Origin: Zootoca vivipara
Taxonomy: Eukaryota
NCBI RefSeq assembly: GCF_963506605.1
Contig: NC_083277.1
Coordinates: 82,088,001 to 82,152,000, forward strand
DNA length: 64,000 nt
Direction: 5' to 3'
Under the pieces are notes generated by a model. It did not search any database. It was given only the letters and a program-made list of their open reading frames with translations, and was not told the origin of the DNA. The position numbers were made by a program, and so were the translations under genes. Positions 25,691-38,105 of the stretch are shown in pieces. Positions within the stretch are counted from its first letter, which is position 1. Every line of letters begins with the position of its first letter.

Positions 25691-25819
25691 GCTGAGTAAC
25701 CACAACTAGGACACACACATTTGTGACCAGTGAAGGTAGCTTCCTAGCCTTAGAGCAGGGCATGATTTCCTTGTAGGCTTGAGCTGTGTATTGTTCCTTT
25801 TAGAAATCAATCACATAGT

Positions 25820-26165
25820 GAAGGGCCTTTTCAGTATTGGCCCCAACTTGGTGGAACGCTCTTTCACAGGAGACCAGGGCCCTGCGGGATTTGTCATCTT
25901 TCCGCAGGGCCTGCAAGACAGAGCTGTTCCGCCTGGCCTTTGGGTTGGACTTACTCTGACCCCTGTGTTTTCCTCCCTCATGGCTTGGATTTATGGACTA
26001 CTTAAAATCAGGCTGCATTTTAAATTTTAATACTGTACTTTAATCTGTATTTTAATCAATTGCTTTTTATGTTTTATTGTAATTGTGTTGGTGTGAGCCG
26101 CCCTGAGCCCGGTTTTGACTGGGGAGGGTGGGGTATAAATAAAAATTTATTATAATTTATTATTA
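25820..26165 (+). mobile_element. L2 LINE 3' end fragment
   Basis: Degenerate L2-type ORF end (...APTWWNALSQETRALRDLSSFRRACKTELFRLAF) followed by a gtgagccgccctgag...ggtataaataaa tail. Confidence 0.7.
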
Positions 26166-26399
26166 TATTTTCAATAAATATACTGCTGATTGAGCAAGTG
26201 GGTTTACTTTGACCCACTTTCATGTATTTCTCACTTTCCAATAACAACTGAATTGATGTATCAAAGCTTAGAAAACAGGATTAGACAAATTTATGGAATG
26301 CAGCTCTCAGTCTCTAAACTAAGCCTCTGTATTCAGGAATAGTATACCGCTCTCCAGCAGAAGCTGGAAGCAAATCACAAGGACCGGTTATCTCTTCCC

Positions 26400-27600
26400 T
26401 GGCCTGTTGGGGAGCGTGTTGGGGAGCAGGCACGAACTGTGGGTCTTCTAAACATACCACGGGGAAAGTCACCATCCGTTTGCCCTGCCCCGTGCCTAGC
26501 CGCTCAGTGTGGCTAGACGGCCGGTTGCTTTCCCCGCACAGCGCCTTGCACCTTCCTCTGATGCGCTGCAAATGCGACCTAAGCCTCTGCAGCAGTGGCC
26601 GGGGGAGCAGGAGAGCCCCTAGCCCGGCTGGCCCAGCTCTCCTCCCGCATCTCCCTCTGGGCGGTCCCGCTCTTTCCCCCCCAGCAGACCCGACGGCTGG
26701 CTGGCTGGCTGGCTGGTGTCCTGCGCACCTTGGGGAGGGGTGGGGGAAGAGAGCGAGCGAGAGGACCCGCGTTATTTGCTGCAGCAGCGGCAAGAGAGGA
26801 GGCAGCGACTCCTCAGCTCCATTCCTCCGGAGCAGCGCGTGGTGGAGACACCGACTGCGCCGCCAGCTCTCCCCAGAGTCCTCCCGATCATCCGGGATCG
26901 GGGCACGCTTGCCTGAAGCCGCCAGACTAACCGATCAGGACAGCCCTTGCCCTGCAACACCTCTGCCGGCTGCAGCTTCGCAGGTAGGCATCTTCCCCAA
27001 GCCCCGGCCGTGCACAGCAATGTTGCTGCGGCTGCAGCCTGTCTGCAGGCGGGATGCTCGGAGGCGCGGGGTGAAAAGCGGGTCAGAGGCAGTGGCCCCG
27101 GCCACGCGTCTTCTTGCAGACAAAACAAGGCGATCGTGCGTGGGCGCCTTGGACATCCTCGGGGCAATAAAGAATCGCTTCTATCTCGGAGTAAGGAACC
27201 TCCCGACGCGCTTCAGTCTTATACTCCCCTTGCAATCCGGGTGAATGGGTGGGTTAAATTGATTTCACTACCGCGCCTTTAATACTGTTTGTGGTTGCAA
27301 CGCGGGGCAGCTGGGGAGAGGGGTAATTGGTGTTTGGGGGTTGTGAGGATAGAAACGGGTCCGTTTTCTTCCGCGGTCATCATTCCGGGGTAGAAGGACG
27401 GGATATTTCCTCTGTTAGCCTCAGGAGACGTGAGGGATTTCAGGGAACAGAAAACGAGAAGCTCTTGTTTTTACTTTTCGTCGTTGCGTACCAGGTGTCT
27501 TGTTTTTAACTCCGCCGAGCTCCGGTTCAACTTGTTTGCATTTTGGGTAGCGGGACCGGGGGGAAGAACGGCGTCGCAGAGTCCACGGTTTTCCTTTGTA
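26400..27600 (+). promoter_or_regulatory. CpG island, probable RTBDN promoter/non-coding first exon
   Basis: CpG-dense block with no recognisable protein. Plus-strand donor ttcgcag|GTAGGC at 26984. The RTBDN coding exon at 33710 begins with an acceptor, so it needs an upstream exon. Confidence 0.55.
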
Positions 27601-30600
27601 GTAATTGTAGCCAAGGGTAGGTCATGGGGTAAAGTAGTCCTTCAATAGGAAAACACACAGAGAAAGAGATTCGCTAGTACATTCTAGATGGACTAGAGAC
27701 TTGGGCTTTTTTAAATGAAAGCTTGGGGTGTATTTGTAACGTGTGAATGCTGTTGTGCACTAGTTCAATCATTTGGCATATAGAGTACTACTAAAGTGGG
27801 ATCCAACTATTAATTGTATCTGCAGCTTTTAGTGAATTGATTAGCTTAACTGAGTCGACACCTCTTGATCAACCAATTAGTTGATTTTTTAAGAAACAAA
27901 TTTGCTATTGTAAATTGAGGTCTACACCTTTTTAAACCTAGCTTTGTATTAGCGTCACCCCTCAAAACTCACCTCTATTGCTCTTGTGGAAGTACACTGG
28001 GGTGGATAAGACAAGATGCTTCTGCAATGATGTGGACTGAGAAGAAAGATTTTGGAGGGGCTGGGGCATGCATGCAAAGTGGTAAAAATTAACTCTTTGG
28101 TGACCTGACCCCTCCTTCAACACACTGGGCGACTGCTGTCACTCTGATACCTAGCCGCCAGAAGACTCTTGGAATGTGTTCATTATTTGAACCATTTCGC
28201 TGAACAACATAATCACAAGATACAGGTGGACAGATGTCTCACTGTTTTTAGTTGCAAAGAACAAGAGTAACAAGCAGAATCCTGCAATCCATATTTGGGC
28301 AGTACCTTTATGTGGCCAACCAAAATGCCAGAAAATAGTATGCAAACTTTCAAGTTCTGCAGAATTTCTCATCAGGCTAGAATAAACAAAGCAAGTGAGG
28401 GGAAGAGGGAGAAGAAATGGCTGATGGCTTAAGGTAGATGCAGATGCATGGCTTCTTCTCCATCAGTCATTTTTCTCTCCCCGCTGTATTTGCCATCAAG
28501 CCTGATTAAGAGTTCTGGAGAACTCAAGAGTTTGCATACTATTCTGCCATACCTTGGTTGACCTAATAAAGGCATTGCCCTAATATAGATTGTGGGCTTT
28601 TCTTTGTGGGACATCATGCTTTCTGTTAGAATCAGCACAATTTCATTTTATTGGATCAACACCTGATCGTGTCAGTAGTGTGCAAGCTTCTTCAAGTAGC
28701 ATTGAGTTCTTAATTCATCCTGCATATTCACATATTCTTACAAACAGTTGGTTCACTCACAGTGCAAGCCATTATTTATCTATACAGAAGTAACTCCCTT
28801 TGAGTTATTTTCTGTGTACCAACACACGAATATTTACCACTACTTACCGTATATAGGAACAGAGCTGTGGTTTCCTGATGCATTGATACATACAATTTGA
28901 AATGATATGTACTGCAGTCACATTTTGTATAGTTTTACTGAGTATACACATGTGAAGCTGCCTTGAGTGAGAATAAAACATCATACCCTTAAAAAAAATA
29001 CTGGGTTTTATGCTGGGATGAAGGCAGTTGAGAGTCAAGTCTGAAAGCCTGCTCCATAATCCTAAATAATTATGGAATTATTCTGGTTATCCAATATGCA
29101 GGAAAGCCCTTTGTTCCAGGGCTGTATTCTGATACTAAAAATGGGTTCTGGAGTTGAGCCTCAGTTGAAGTTAAGCCCTGTCTGCTCCTTTCCAAAGCTG
29201 TGGATGGAACCCACTGAGGTCCAGTTAATTTTGTTTTGTAAAAGGCTAGTGGTAATTTGTTCTCAGGACACTCCATAAAGAGAAGAATTTTAGACTCATA
29301 GGATTGTAGAGTTGGAAGGGACCCTGAGGATCATTCTAGACCAGCCTTCTGCAATACAGGAACATGCAACTGTCCCATATGGGGATTGAACCTGCAACTT
29401 TGGCGTTATCAGCATCACCAACTAAGAGTCTCATGCTATTATTCTTGAGATGTGTGTACTGGGTGATTTTACACATAGCAGTTACATTCTTCAGCTCTAC
29501 TGACTACAACTAATTATGGCAGGGAGGGAAGGACAGGAAGCCACCTTCTTTGGGGCCTGTCCCTAATCTGCTGGGATTGAGGCCACCAGTATTTTCCAGG
29601 CAGCTTGCCAGAGAATCACAAGGATAAAACAGAGTGAGGCCATCTGAAAGTCACCGTTCAATGTCAGTCAATTAACACCGGGTGAGACCTTTATGCTGAA
29701 GGACTCACTAAGTGTTCAGGAGTCTAACGCAAAATTGGGCTGGGGTTTCTAGAACGGAAACAGGGAGCTTGAGAAAGGCAGAGGCTTTGGGCCAATGGAC
29801 ACAGTGTTGACATAGACCTGAAATAACTAAGGTACCTTCAAATCGATGACCTGCTAAACAAAATAAATATTGCACATTATACCGGTAGGTGTTGTTAATT
29901 CATATTTTATGGAGCGAGGCTCATCAGGCGGGCTCTGAGCAGGGAGATGAATGGGCACTATAAAATACAACCTGCAAGGAATGAGCAAAGCTCTCTTTGA
30001 AGCTACCAAGTGTTTAGAAAATACTAAAGCATTTTCTCTAAAATTGCCATCACTTATTTTCATAGTTATTACACAGAATCCAGATGACGTTGCTGCCACT
30101 GTTGTGTTCCAGGACTTCTCCCATCCTTTTTTGTGCTATCCCCCCCCCCCCAGGTGCATCCCACTCCTAACAAATTCCAATGCACTTGCAAGATATTACA
30201 GTGCAAGATATTATGGATGAACCTTGCGATGAGACAGCTGATGAAACCTTCCTACGTTACTTGCCTTGCATACCCAGCAGAACCACCACCATTACTAGTC
30301 TTGCCCCCACAGAGCACTTTTGCAAAAGTTAACATTCCAAAGTTATCTGCTTGGGAAAGAGAACAGATAATGTGATTTGCCCTCCTCCCACACTCCTCTC
30401 CCATCCCTGCCAAACAGCTTATCAGTGGTGTTTTTTGCTTAAACAGAGATATTAATCTGCCACTGTTTCATATTTTGCAATACAATTTCTTCCTCCCATT
30501 CCTTTTCCACAGCTTGCATTTGACTTTTTCATTTTTTTAAAGTGTCTTTGTGTTTGTGTGCTAAAGTGCAGGAGCACTAATAAAACTTAAAACACATTAT

Positions 30601-31858
30601 TGAGAAAACGTTCACACTTTCTTGTTCAGTTTTTTCTTGATTTTTCCAATGGTTGGTATGGTACAGTAACACACTGCCCACTTTTGCCTTTGTTATGGGA
30701 GTGGGCACTGCAGGATAAGGGGTGGTATGGCGCTTTATTATGAATGCTGTGTGGAACCCTAAGGTGGATCTGCTTCCAGCTGGTCCGAAATGCTTCATTA
30801 ACACTAAAGAGCCTTTGTAGTGTAGCACTAAGATATATACACAGCTTCTTTTATTTTGCCACTGCAAAATAACGTTAACTCGGTTCCAGTGAGTTCCGGC
30901 TGAAATCTGAGTGAAATGTTTTCTTATTAGAACTACAGATGAACCATTCCAGATGAACCAAATTTAAAATTGTGGGATTTCTTAGGTCAGGGACGGGGTA
31001 TGTGTGACCCTCTAGATAATGTTGGATAATTCTTATCAGTTCCACCAGCCAGCATGGTCAAGTGTCAGGGATGATGGGAGTTGTAGTCCAACATCATCTG
31101 GAGGGCAGAAGAAGATACGAAAAACGACACTTACCTGGGGGGGGGTTCTGTGTTCCTTTTGTTTACTTATTAATATTCCTTATTATTTGTTTTGCATTAC
31201 TGTGAGTTTTTGAAACTAGCTAGCTAGATAACTAAATATAAACATTTTAAAAACAAAAAAGGTTAAGTAAAACTGCAGAGCAAAGCAAAATCATATGAGT
31301 TTGAAGACTATTGGTTGATAACTAAGATTTGATATTGGATTCAGCTTACAAGCCTGAGAGAATAAAGTGAAGGTGATTCCCTCCTCTAGGGACCAGATGA
31401 TTTAGTCCTGCATCTTGCTTCGTATTGTTGCAAATGAGGCCACCTCACTGAAATTAGACACAGCAAAGGAAAAGGAGGGGTGTCACCTTGCCCTGCTGAA
31501 AGTACTTTCTCTGGTGAGATTTTGCCCTCTGGTACATCTTGCTCAAAGGCACAGCAGTGAAGGCAGCCGTCTGCCTGGATCGAATGAATTTCACTCTCCA
31601 GCACTTCCTTCTCTAATAGAAATCCAATATCTTTCCTTGCACTGCCAGGATTCTTTGCACCCACAATTTACAATAAAAAATAAGGTCCTCCATTCTTATT
31701 GTTTAGAGGGAATTGACTCCCCTTTAGGGGCTGCAATGCTGGGACTGCAGGAAGCAGGAGAGAGATTTGAGGGAGGGGTCTGGAAGCCAAAATCTGGCTG
31801 GGTTTGTTTTTGAAGCCAAATCTGGCTGGGTTGCCCCAACTACTCTGGCCAGCTTACT

Positions 31859-31860
<2 letters not shown>

Positions 31861-31905
<45 letters not shown>
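31861..31905. repeat. (CA)n microsatellite
   Basis: Directly visible. Confidence 0.95.
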
Positions 31906-31907
<2 letters not shown>

Positions 31908-33718
31908 AGACAATGCAGGGAGCTAGAAGCCAGGACTGATGTGCTCATTCTACCAACCATTAAAGCATCTTCCTTTCCATCCCGTCACTTTTTCTTAGTC
32001 TGTAATACAGCCTTCCCCCAACCTGGTAACCGCCAAATGATTTTTTGGACTCCCATAATCCCCTGCCAGCATGGTCAATGGATAGGGATGATGGGGATTG
32101 TTGTCCAACATCAACTGGAGGACACCAGATGGGGGTAAGGCTGGACTAGCCTATAAAGCAATCTGACCTAGCTTGTATAAGCTTCTGTAATCTTTCATAA
32201 ACTTATCTACCCACCTACTCTTTGTCTAGATTTCTGTACCAATTCCAGGCAGGCAGGCAGGCAGGTCCCACAGTGCTGATGTAGGGCAGCCAGGCCTCAC
32301 TGATGCCCACAATAGTGCCAAGCTTATTGAGTTACCATAGTTCTTTCCAACCTTCCCTCTCTCTCTCTGCTGAGCTGCTAATGACCTTTTTGTTCTCAGG
32401 AGCATTCAAGCTTCTGAGCTGCACAGAATCCTTCATGGGAGAGGTTCAGTGCATTCTTGAGGAGGTGGAATCGCCAAAGTGCAAGAGATGTCACGTGAAG
32501 AGCTAGGGTTACCCACTCTCATTCTGAAGAAAAAAGCATCTGTGGACCTTATCCTGATAGGAATGATATTCTGGATCAGGGCCCCAAGGCAGTATGTTCA
32601 CATTTGCAGCTTAAAATGCAGCATTTCCCAGATGCATTTGCACAGTTCTGCTCACCTCCAAAAGGGGATGGAGATGTCTTAACCCAACACGCATGGCCTT
32701 GTTGGTTTCTCTGCCCCTGCAACTCCCCAGGAAACTCCAATTCGTGAAATTCAACTGCACATTCGTGATGGCTGTTAGGGTATATTCTTATTACTGCTTA
32801 CCATTTTCGATTCGGATTAAAGTTCGTTTGAGGAAAACATATCAAACGGCAGTGTTTGTGAAGCAACTACAGGATCGATGTGGATTGTGGCTATCGTCAT
32901 GTGAAAACAGCTTTGGGAAACTAGGGGCAGGAATCAGTGGTAATGTGAACATACCCTCAAAGTGGCCAGGTGAAGCTTGTTTAAACACATGGCATTCCTG
33001 TGAGGCTTGGTTCTTAAATGGTGGCTTGGTGTGCAGCAATTAAGTATGGAGATTTGTCATCTACTAATTGCTATGGACTGAGCCACTGAGAAAGGCTGGC
33101 TGAGAACTTTTGACACCCTTATAATACAAATATTACTTGTCTACAGGTGCATTCTAACCCACCCCACCCCCACCCCCCCGGTACACTTCTTGCTTATAAA
33201 AAGGAAGGTTGGTGTACAGATTTGCAAACTGTTACATAATTGACATGGATCAATCGATTCCTCTGTTTCATGGGGGGGGGGGTTTCAGCCGGAACTCAGT
33301 TCCAGCACCTCTCAAGTGGGCACCATTGCATTATAAGAGAACAAAGGAGGCGTTCATGGTAAGTTCCAGCACCTCTTTTTCTAGAAATAGCACTGGTTTC
33401 ATGAATGAAGCCCTAAGCTTAATCAGGGAGCATAGGAGCTGCTTGTGTTTCCCAGGCTAGAGTTGGCCCTAACAATGAACAAAGGGAAGGGTCCAACTCT
33501 ACAGTGGATTATCAAAGCAGAGGTGTGGGGGGGGAATAAGGACGTTGTTGGAGCAGGACAGAGATGAAAGCATGTTGTGCATAGGAACACACTGTGGAGG
33601 GGGGGAGCTAGGACTAGATGGGAGTCCATTTTGTGTAATCTAACTGGCATGCTTCAAGGCGGCACTATCCAAACTGATTTAGTAATCCTTCCCCTTTCTC
33701 TTTTTTCAGGTAGTCATA

Positions 33719-33884
33719 ATGAGCGGTGGTGGCGGCACTGTCTGGGTAATGGGTATAGCTTGGGCACTGGTCGTGTCATGGGCCAGTGCTACAGGCATGG
33801 AGGATCGCTGCTTGCCTGGAGGGAAACACAAAGCCATCCCAAGCCCAGAAGGACAGCTTGGCATTTGCCAGATCTATGCAGAAA
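33719..33884 (+). CDS. RTBDN: Retbindin / riboflavin-binding-protein-like, coding exon 1 (signal peptide)
   Basis: Acceptor at 33708-33709. MSGGGGTVWVMGIAWALVVSWASATG-MEDRCLPGGKHKAIPSPEGQLGICQIYAE: signal peptide plus folate-receptor/RfBP-family CL..G.HK..PSPE motif; donor gtgagt. Symbol assigned from synteny with RNASEH2A/PRDX2. Confidence 0.88.
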
Positions 33885-34576
33885 GTGAGTATTGGTTAAG
33901 GGCACGGAGGCAGCAAGAGGGAGAAGCTACAAGGCTTGAAGAGCTTTGGGCAAGCAGGAAGCGGAGCTCTGAAGCCAAGGTTCCTCTCAGCATTTCCCCA
34001 CAGGTTTGAGGAGAGATGAGCAAACCTCCTTATGGTTGATGAAATGAATGAGATGACCAGCTGCAAAGTAGACCTGTACCTTTAACAAGAGTTGGCATAG
34101 AAGAGCTCTCTAGAAGCTGGCGATATTTATCTCTACCCTATATTCTGGGCACCGCTAACCTGTAGCCCTCCAGATGTTATTGGACTCCAGCTCCCATCAG
34201 CCTCTGCCAGCATGGCCAATGGTCAGGGAAGGTGGGAGATGAAGTCCAGCAGCATCTAGAGGGCCTGGGCTTCCCCACATCTGACACAGTGTCACTGCTT
34301 CCTCTAACAGTGAATGAGTGGTCTAGTCAGCCTTGCCCGTAGCCCTATACTAATAGCTGCATCCAAACATGTAATGGGAAAGTTTGACCCATTGATTCAG
34401 TGGCATTTTATTCCACATGGGATTGTTTTATTTTTCTTTTAAAAAACATACAATCTCAGACAAGGGAAATTGAGTTAACCTTTACAGTACATTGTCCTAT
34501 AAAGGGTGGTCTTGCTTTAATTTAGTATAGGAATTTACCAGCTTGATATCTTGTCTCACACTAATAAGGTCATACT

Positions 34577-34927
34577 GGGATGTGGGTGGTGCTGTGGGTT
34601 AAACCACTGAACCTAGGGCTTGCCGATCAGAAGGTCGGCGGTTCGAATCCCCGCAACGGGGTGAGCTCCCGTTGCTCGGTCCCAGCTCCTGCCAGCCTAG
34701 CAGTTCAAAACCATGTCAAAGTGCAAGTAGATAAATAGGTACCGCTCTAAGTGGGAAGGTAAAAAGCGTTTCCGTGAGCTGCTCTGGTTCGCCAGAAGCG
34801 GCTTTGTCATGCTGGCCACATGACCTGGAAACTGTACGCCAGCTCCCTCGGCCAATAACGCGAGATGAGCGCTGCAACCCCAGAGTCGGTCATGACTGGA
34901 CCTAATGGTCAGGGGTCCCTTTACCTT
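34577..34927 (+). mobile_element. Full-length Sauria SINE
   Basis: tRNA-like head with B-box GGTTCGAATCC, ACCTTT-type tail, 13-bp TSD TAATAAGGTCATA (34562-34574 and 34928-34940). Confidence 0.9.
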
Positions 34928-35842
34928 TAATAAGGTCATATTTTGCATATTATATTGTGCTATCGATCGATCACAAAAATACATGGAGAAAGCTGAAATA
35001 GCAGCCCCCAGCTAACCATGTTCAAGGAAATCAATGTTGTATGATTATTTTTCTATATAACAAAAATGTCCAAGCAAACACATTTGATATGGACCATCAA
35101 TTTTTTACCTCAGAAATCTTGGGAATGCTGCTACCGGGCAGGACTTACGCATGACTCTGCTGGACAAAAGAGCCATATGATGGCCCTTCAACTTCATGTT
35201 CCTCAAATCTTTCACTGCAGAGTCCAGGAACTGGACTTTCTCTTGGTTCAGGACCATATCTCACGAGGGCAACGCTCCAGATAAACAGATCAAAAGGTTC
35301 ACTTTTTTAAAGTTAGCAGATCTTTCTTGTACATTTTCAGCCTCAGTTGTTTTTCAAGAAAAGAGGAAGGCTAGTGAGAATAATATGCATTTCATTTTGA
35401 GGCTGCAATGATCTCATAGCCCTGGCTGGTCAAAATTTAACTGCCTGAAGCGGCTTATTCCAACGTGTGTGAGTAGCATGTACTGCTATGCACAGGGTGC
35501 AAAGGAACTCAGCAGAGGCAACCCCTGGCGCCTGGGTGAAATTTTGGAGGGTTGTACACAGAGGCCACAGAGACTGTAGGGAGCGGGTTGGGAATGGGAC
35601 ATGGGTATAGGGTATAGGAGTACATATAGGGTTCTTATCATGCCCAGAATCCCTGCTAGTAAATTTATGTATGCATTGGCTCGTCACATGGTAACTGGTG
35701 GCAATTTGCATACATCCAGCTTGTTAGGCAATGCCTACAGCTGTTGCAATCAGTCTGTAACATGGAGGGTAGCTGGAATAACAACTGGTTCATCTCAGCA
35801 CAAAGGAAAGGGGCTGCTGACAGAAGGATTCTTTCCCCACAG

Positions 35843-35927
35843 ATGCCTGTTGCTCACCGGAGGTCACCCAGGACCTTTCCAAAGCCAATGACATCTACTG
35901 GAACCGCTGTGGGAGCCTTAGCAGCAG
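35843..35927 (+). CDS. RTBDN: RTBDN coding exon 2
   Basis: 85 nt, (N)ACCSPEVTQDLSKANDIYWNRCGSLSS(R), AG/GT, in phase. Confidence 0.9.
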
Positions 35928-35959
35928 GTCAGACAGAGAGGCAGCCATGCTTACTCCAG

Positions 35960-35961
<2 letters not shown>

Positions 35962-36012
<51 letters not shown>
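35962..36012. repeat. (GT)n microsatellite
   Basis: Directly visible. Confidence 0.95.
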
Positions 36013-36015
<3 letters not shown>

Positions 36016-36114
36016 CCGTGTGTGTGTTTCCTTTCCTACAAGCTGGGCCTACCAATAGGTGAGAGTTCCTGCTAAGACTAGTCTTGGAAGCTACCAGACA
36101 ACTGGGATGGGGAA

Positions 36115-36861
36115 CTTACTCCTAACTTAAAGAAAACAAAAGAGATTATTGTGGACTTTAGGAAATGTAAGCCGAATATCCAGCCACTTATTATTGAGGA
36201 GGAGTGTGTGGAACAGGTCTCGGTGTTTCGATTTCTGGGAATGGAGTTGAGAGATGACCTAACCTGGGGAGAAAACAGCAAAGACCTGATGAAGAGAGTA
36301 CAGCAGAGGTTATACTTTCTGAGAATCCTCTGGCAAAACAGTCTCTCAAAGGGACCTGTTGACGGCATTTTACCATTGTACTGTTGAGAGCGTATTAACT
36401 TATGGTCTGTGTGTGTGTGGTTTGGGAGCTGCACGGCCAGGGGAAAAACAATGCTGTCCATGGTTGTAAAGACTGCGGAGAGAATAATTGGGTGCAGTCT
36501 TCCCACCTTGGATCAAATCTATGCTTCCAGGTGCCATAAGAAAGCTGCAAAGATAGTGCAGGACAGGGCACACCCCAAGAAATGATCTCTTTCAGCTTCT
36601 GCCTTCTGGAAGAAGGTATAGGGTTATGAAGACTAGGACTAGCCGCCTGAGAAACAGTTTCTATCCAAATGCGATTTTGGTTTTAAATGCAGTGTAAGGT
36701 AGTTTCTATGGGAGTATATTGTATTTAATTATGGGGTACAAGAGACTGTGGGCAGCTAATCAGGATGGGATAGCAGGCTTGTTGGTTTTGAATGTCTGGT
36801 GTAGATTTTTTTCAATTTCGTTGTTCTGTATGGGACAATGACAATAAAGATTATCTATCTA

Positions 36862-36921
<60 letters not shown>
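36115..36921 (+). mobile_element. 5'-truncated Rex1/Babar-type LINE with (TATC)n tail
   Basis: Frameshifted post-RT ORF: KTKEIIVDFRK...FRFLG...DLTW...QQRLYFLR...ESVLTYGL...WFGSCT...LFQLLPSGRRYR...TSRLRNSFYP; ends gacaataaa plus (TATC)n at 36851-36921. Confidence 0.8.
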
Positions 36922-36922
<1 letters not shown>

Positions 36923-37040
36923 GCTCCTTTCTTTCTTCACATTTTTTATTGACCACCACCCTCCAGTGGGTAGCCCTTTGCTTGCCATTTTAGGCCTGCT
37001 CCACCATCTTTATGCCCTAGTGCTTCTTTCTCCTATGCAG

Positions 37041-37169
37041 ATGTGAGGGCTATCTACAGCAGCTGGAGTGTTTTTACCATTGCTCCCCCATCGCTGCCCA
37101 GTGGCCTCATCCTCAGCGCCCCACAGCTGTGCTGGCTGTGCCCCTCTGCCAGAGTTTCTGTGACCAATG
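37041..37169 (+). CDS. RTBDN: RTBDN coding exon 3
   Basis: 129 nt, CEGYLQQLECFYHCSPIAAQWPHPQRPTAVLAVPLCQSFCDQ(W); folate-receptor-family signature. Confidence 0.93.
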
Positions 37170-37996
37170 GTGAGTGAAGTCTCCTTGTCCCGACTGGGGA
37201 GGGAGGGGAACCCTGTAAAGGATGAAGAAACAGGGAAACAGCGTCGTCTCCTAGAGATAGTAGAATGTCATCACATTGCTGGTGTCCTGTTTAAATGAAA
37301 TGCCCTGCTGTTTTAAGACAGACAAGCAGTGAACGGCATATCGGGTTGTTGTTGTTTTACACTTAAAAGGCCCTTTATAAGTCATTTCCCCACGGAAATT
37401 CAACATGCTCGGGGACACTGTATCTATGACACCTGCATCTCGCTTTCGGCACTCCCAGTTCAATTTTGGAATAAATCAACTGGATGTGGGGAAGCTGAGC
37501 CAAGTGCAGGAGCTAACCTGGATATTGAGGGAAATCCATAAACTTTTTAAAGGGCACCTCCACCTAACACAAACATACTTCTATTTTTTGGGCCTCAGGC
37601 AGTGGACTGGTGGAAATAAATGTATGCAATTCTGTTGGCAAAAAGATTGAGAAAATGTTGAAGTGGGTAAAGGCAGGGGAAAGGAGGAAGTGCTTAGTGA
37701 GTATTGACCCTCCATTGGGACTGAAAAAGATAGAAAAAACTTGGGTTCATATCTCCATAAAACTTAGTCATAAAACTAACAGAGTACTGGTAACTTTGAG
37801 CTGGGGATTGTTATTCAGCCTAATATACCTCACAGGGTTGTCGTAAGGATCAAAATGGTGTGTGGACCTTGGAGCTCCTTGGAGGTCTGATATAACAGTA
37901 ATAAAAGGTCTGGTCTGATATAATAAAAATGGTCTGATATAATAACAATTGAAGTTCAACTGCTTTCCTTATTGCCACACCTTCTTGTCACCTCAG

Positions 37997-38105
37997 GTAT
38001 GACGCTTGCAAGGAAGACTTGACGTGTGCTCGTAACTGGCTCACCGACTGGCATTGGGGGCCTGAGGGAAACAACTGCAGCCAGGACTGCCTGTCGTATG
38101 GCCAG
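37997..38105 (+). CDS. RTBDN: RTBDN coding exon 4
   Basis: 109 nt, YDACKEDLTCARNWLTDWHWGPEGNNCSQDCLSYGQ, AG/GTAAG. Confidence 0.93.

Noticed and set aside
26314-27282. Overlapping 111-254 aa ORFs in the CpG island (possible MAST1 or ADRA1B remnants)
   Set aside because: No similarity to the recalled MAST1 N-terminus or ADRA1B C-terminus; long ORFs are expected in stop-poor GC-rich DNA.
34577-34660. tRNA gene (GGTTCGAATCC B-box)
   Set aside because: It is the tRNA-derived head of a Sauria SINE with a TSD, not a cloverleaf tRNA.
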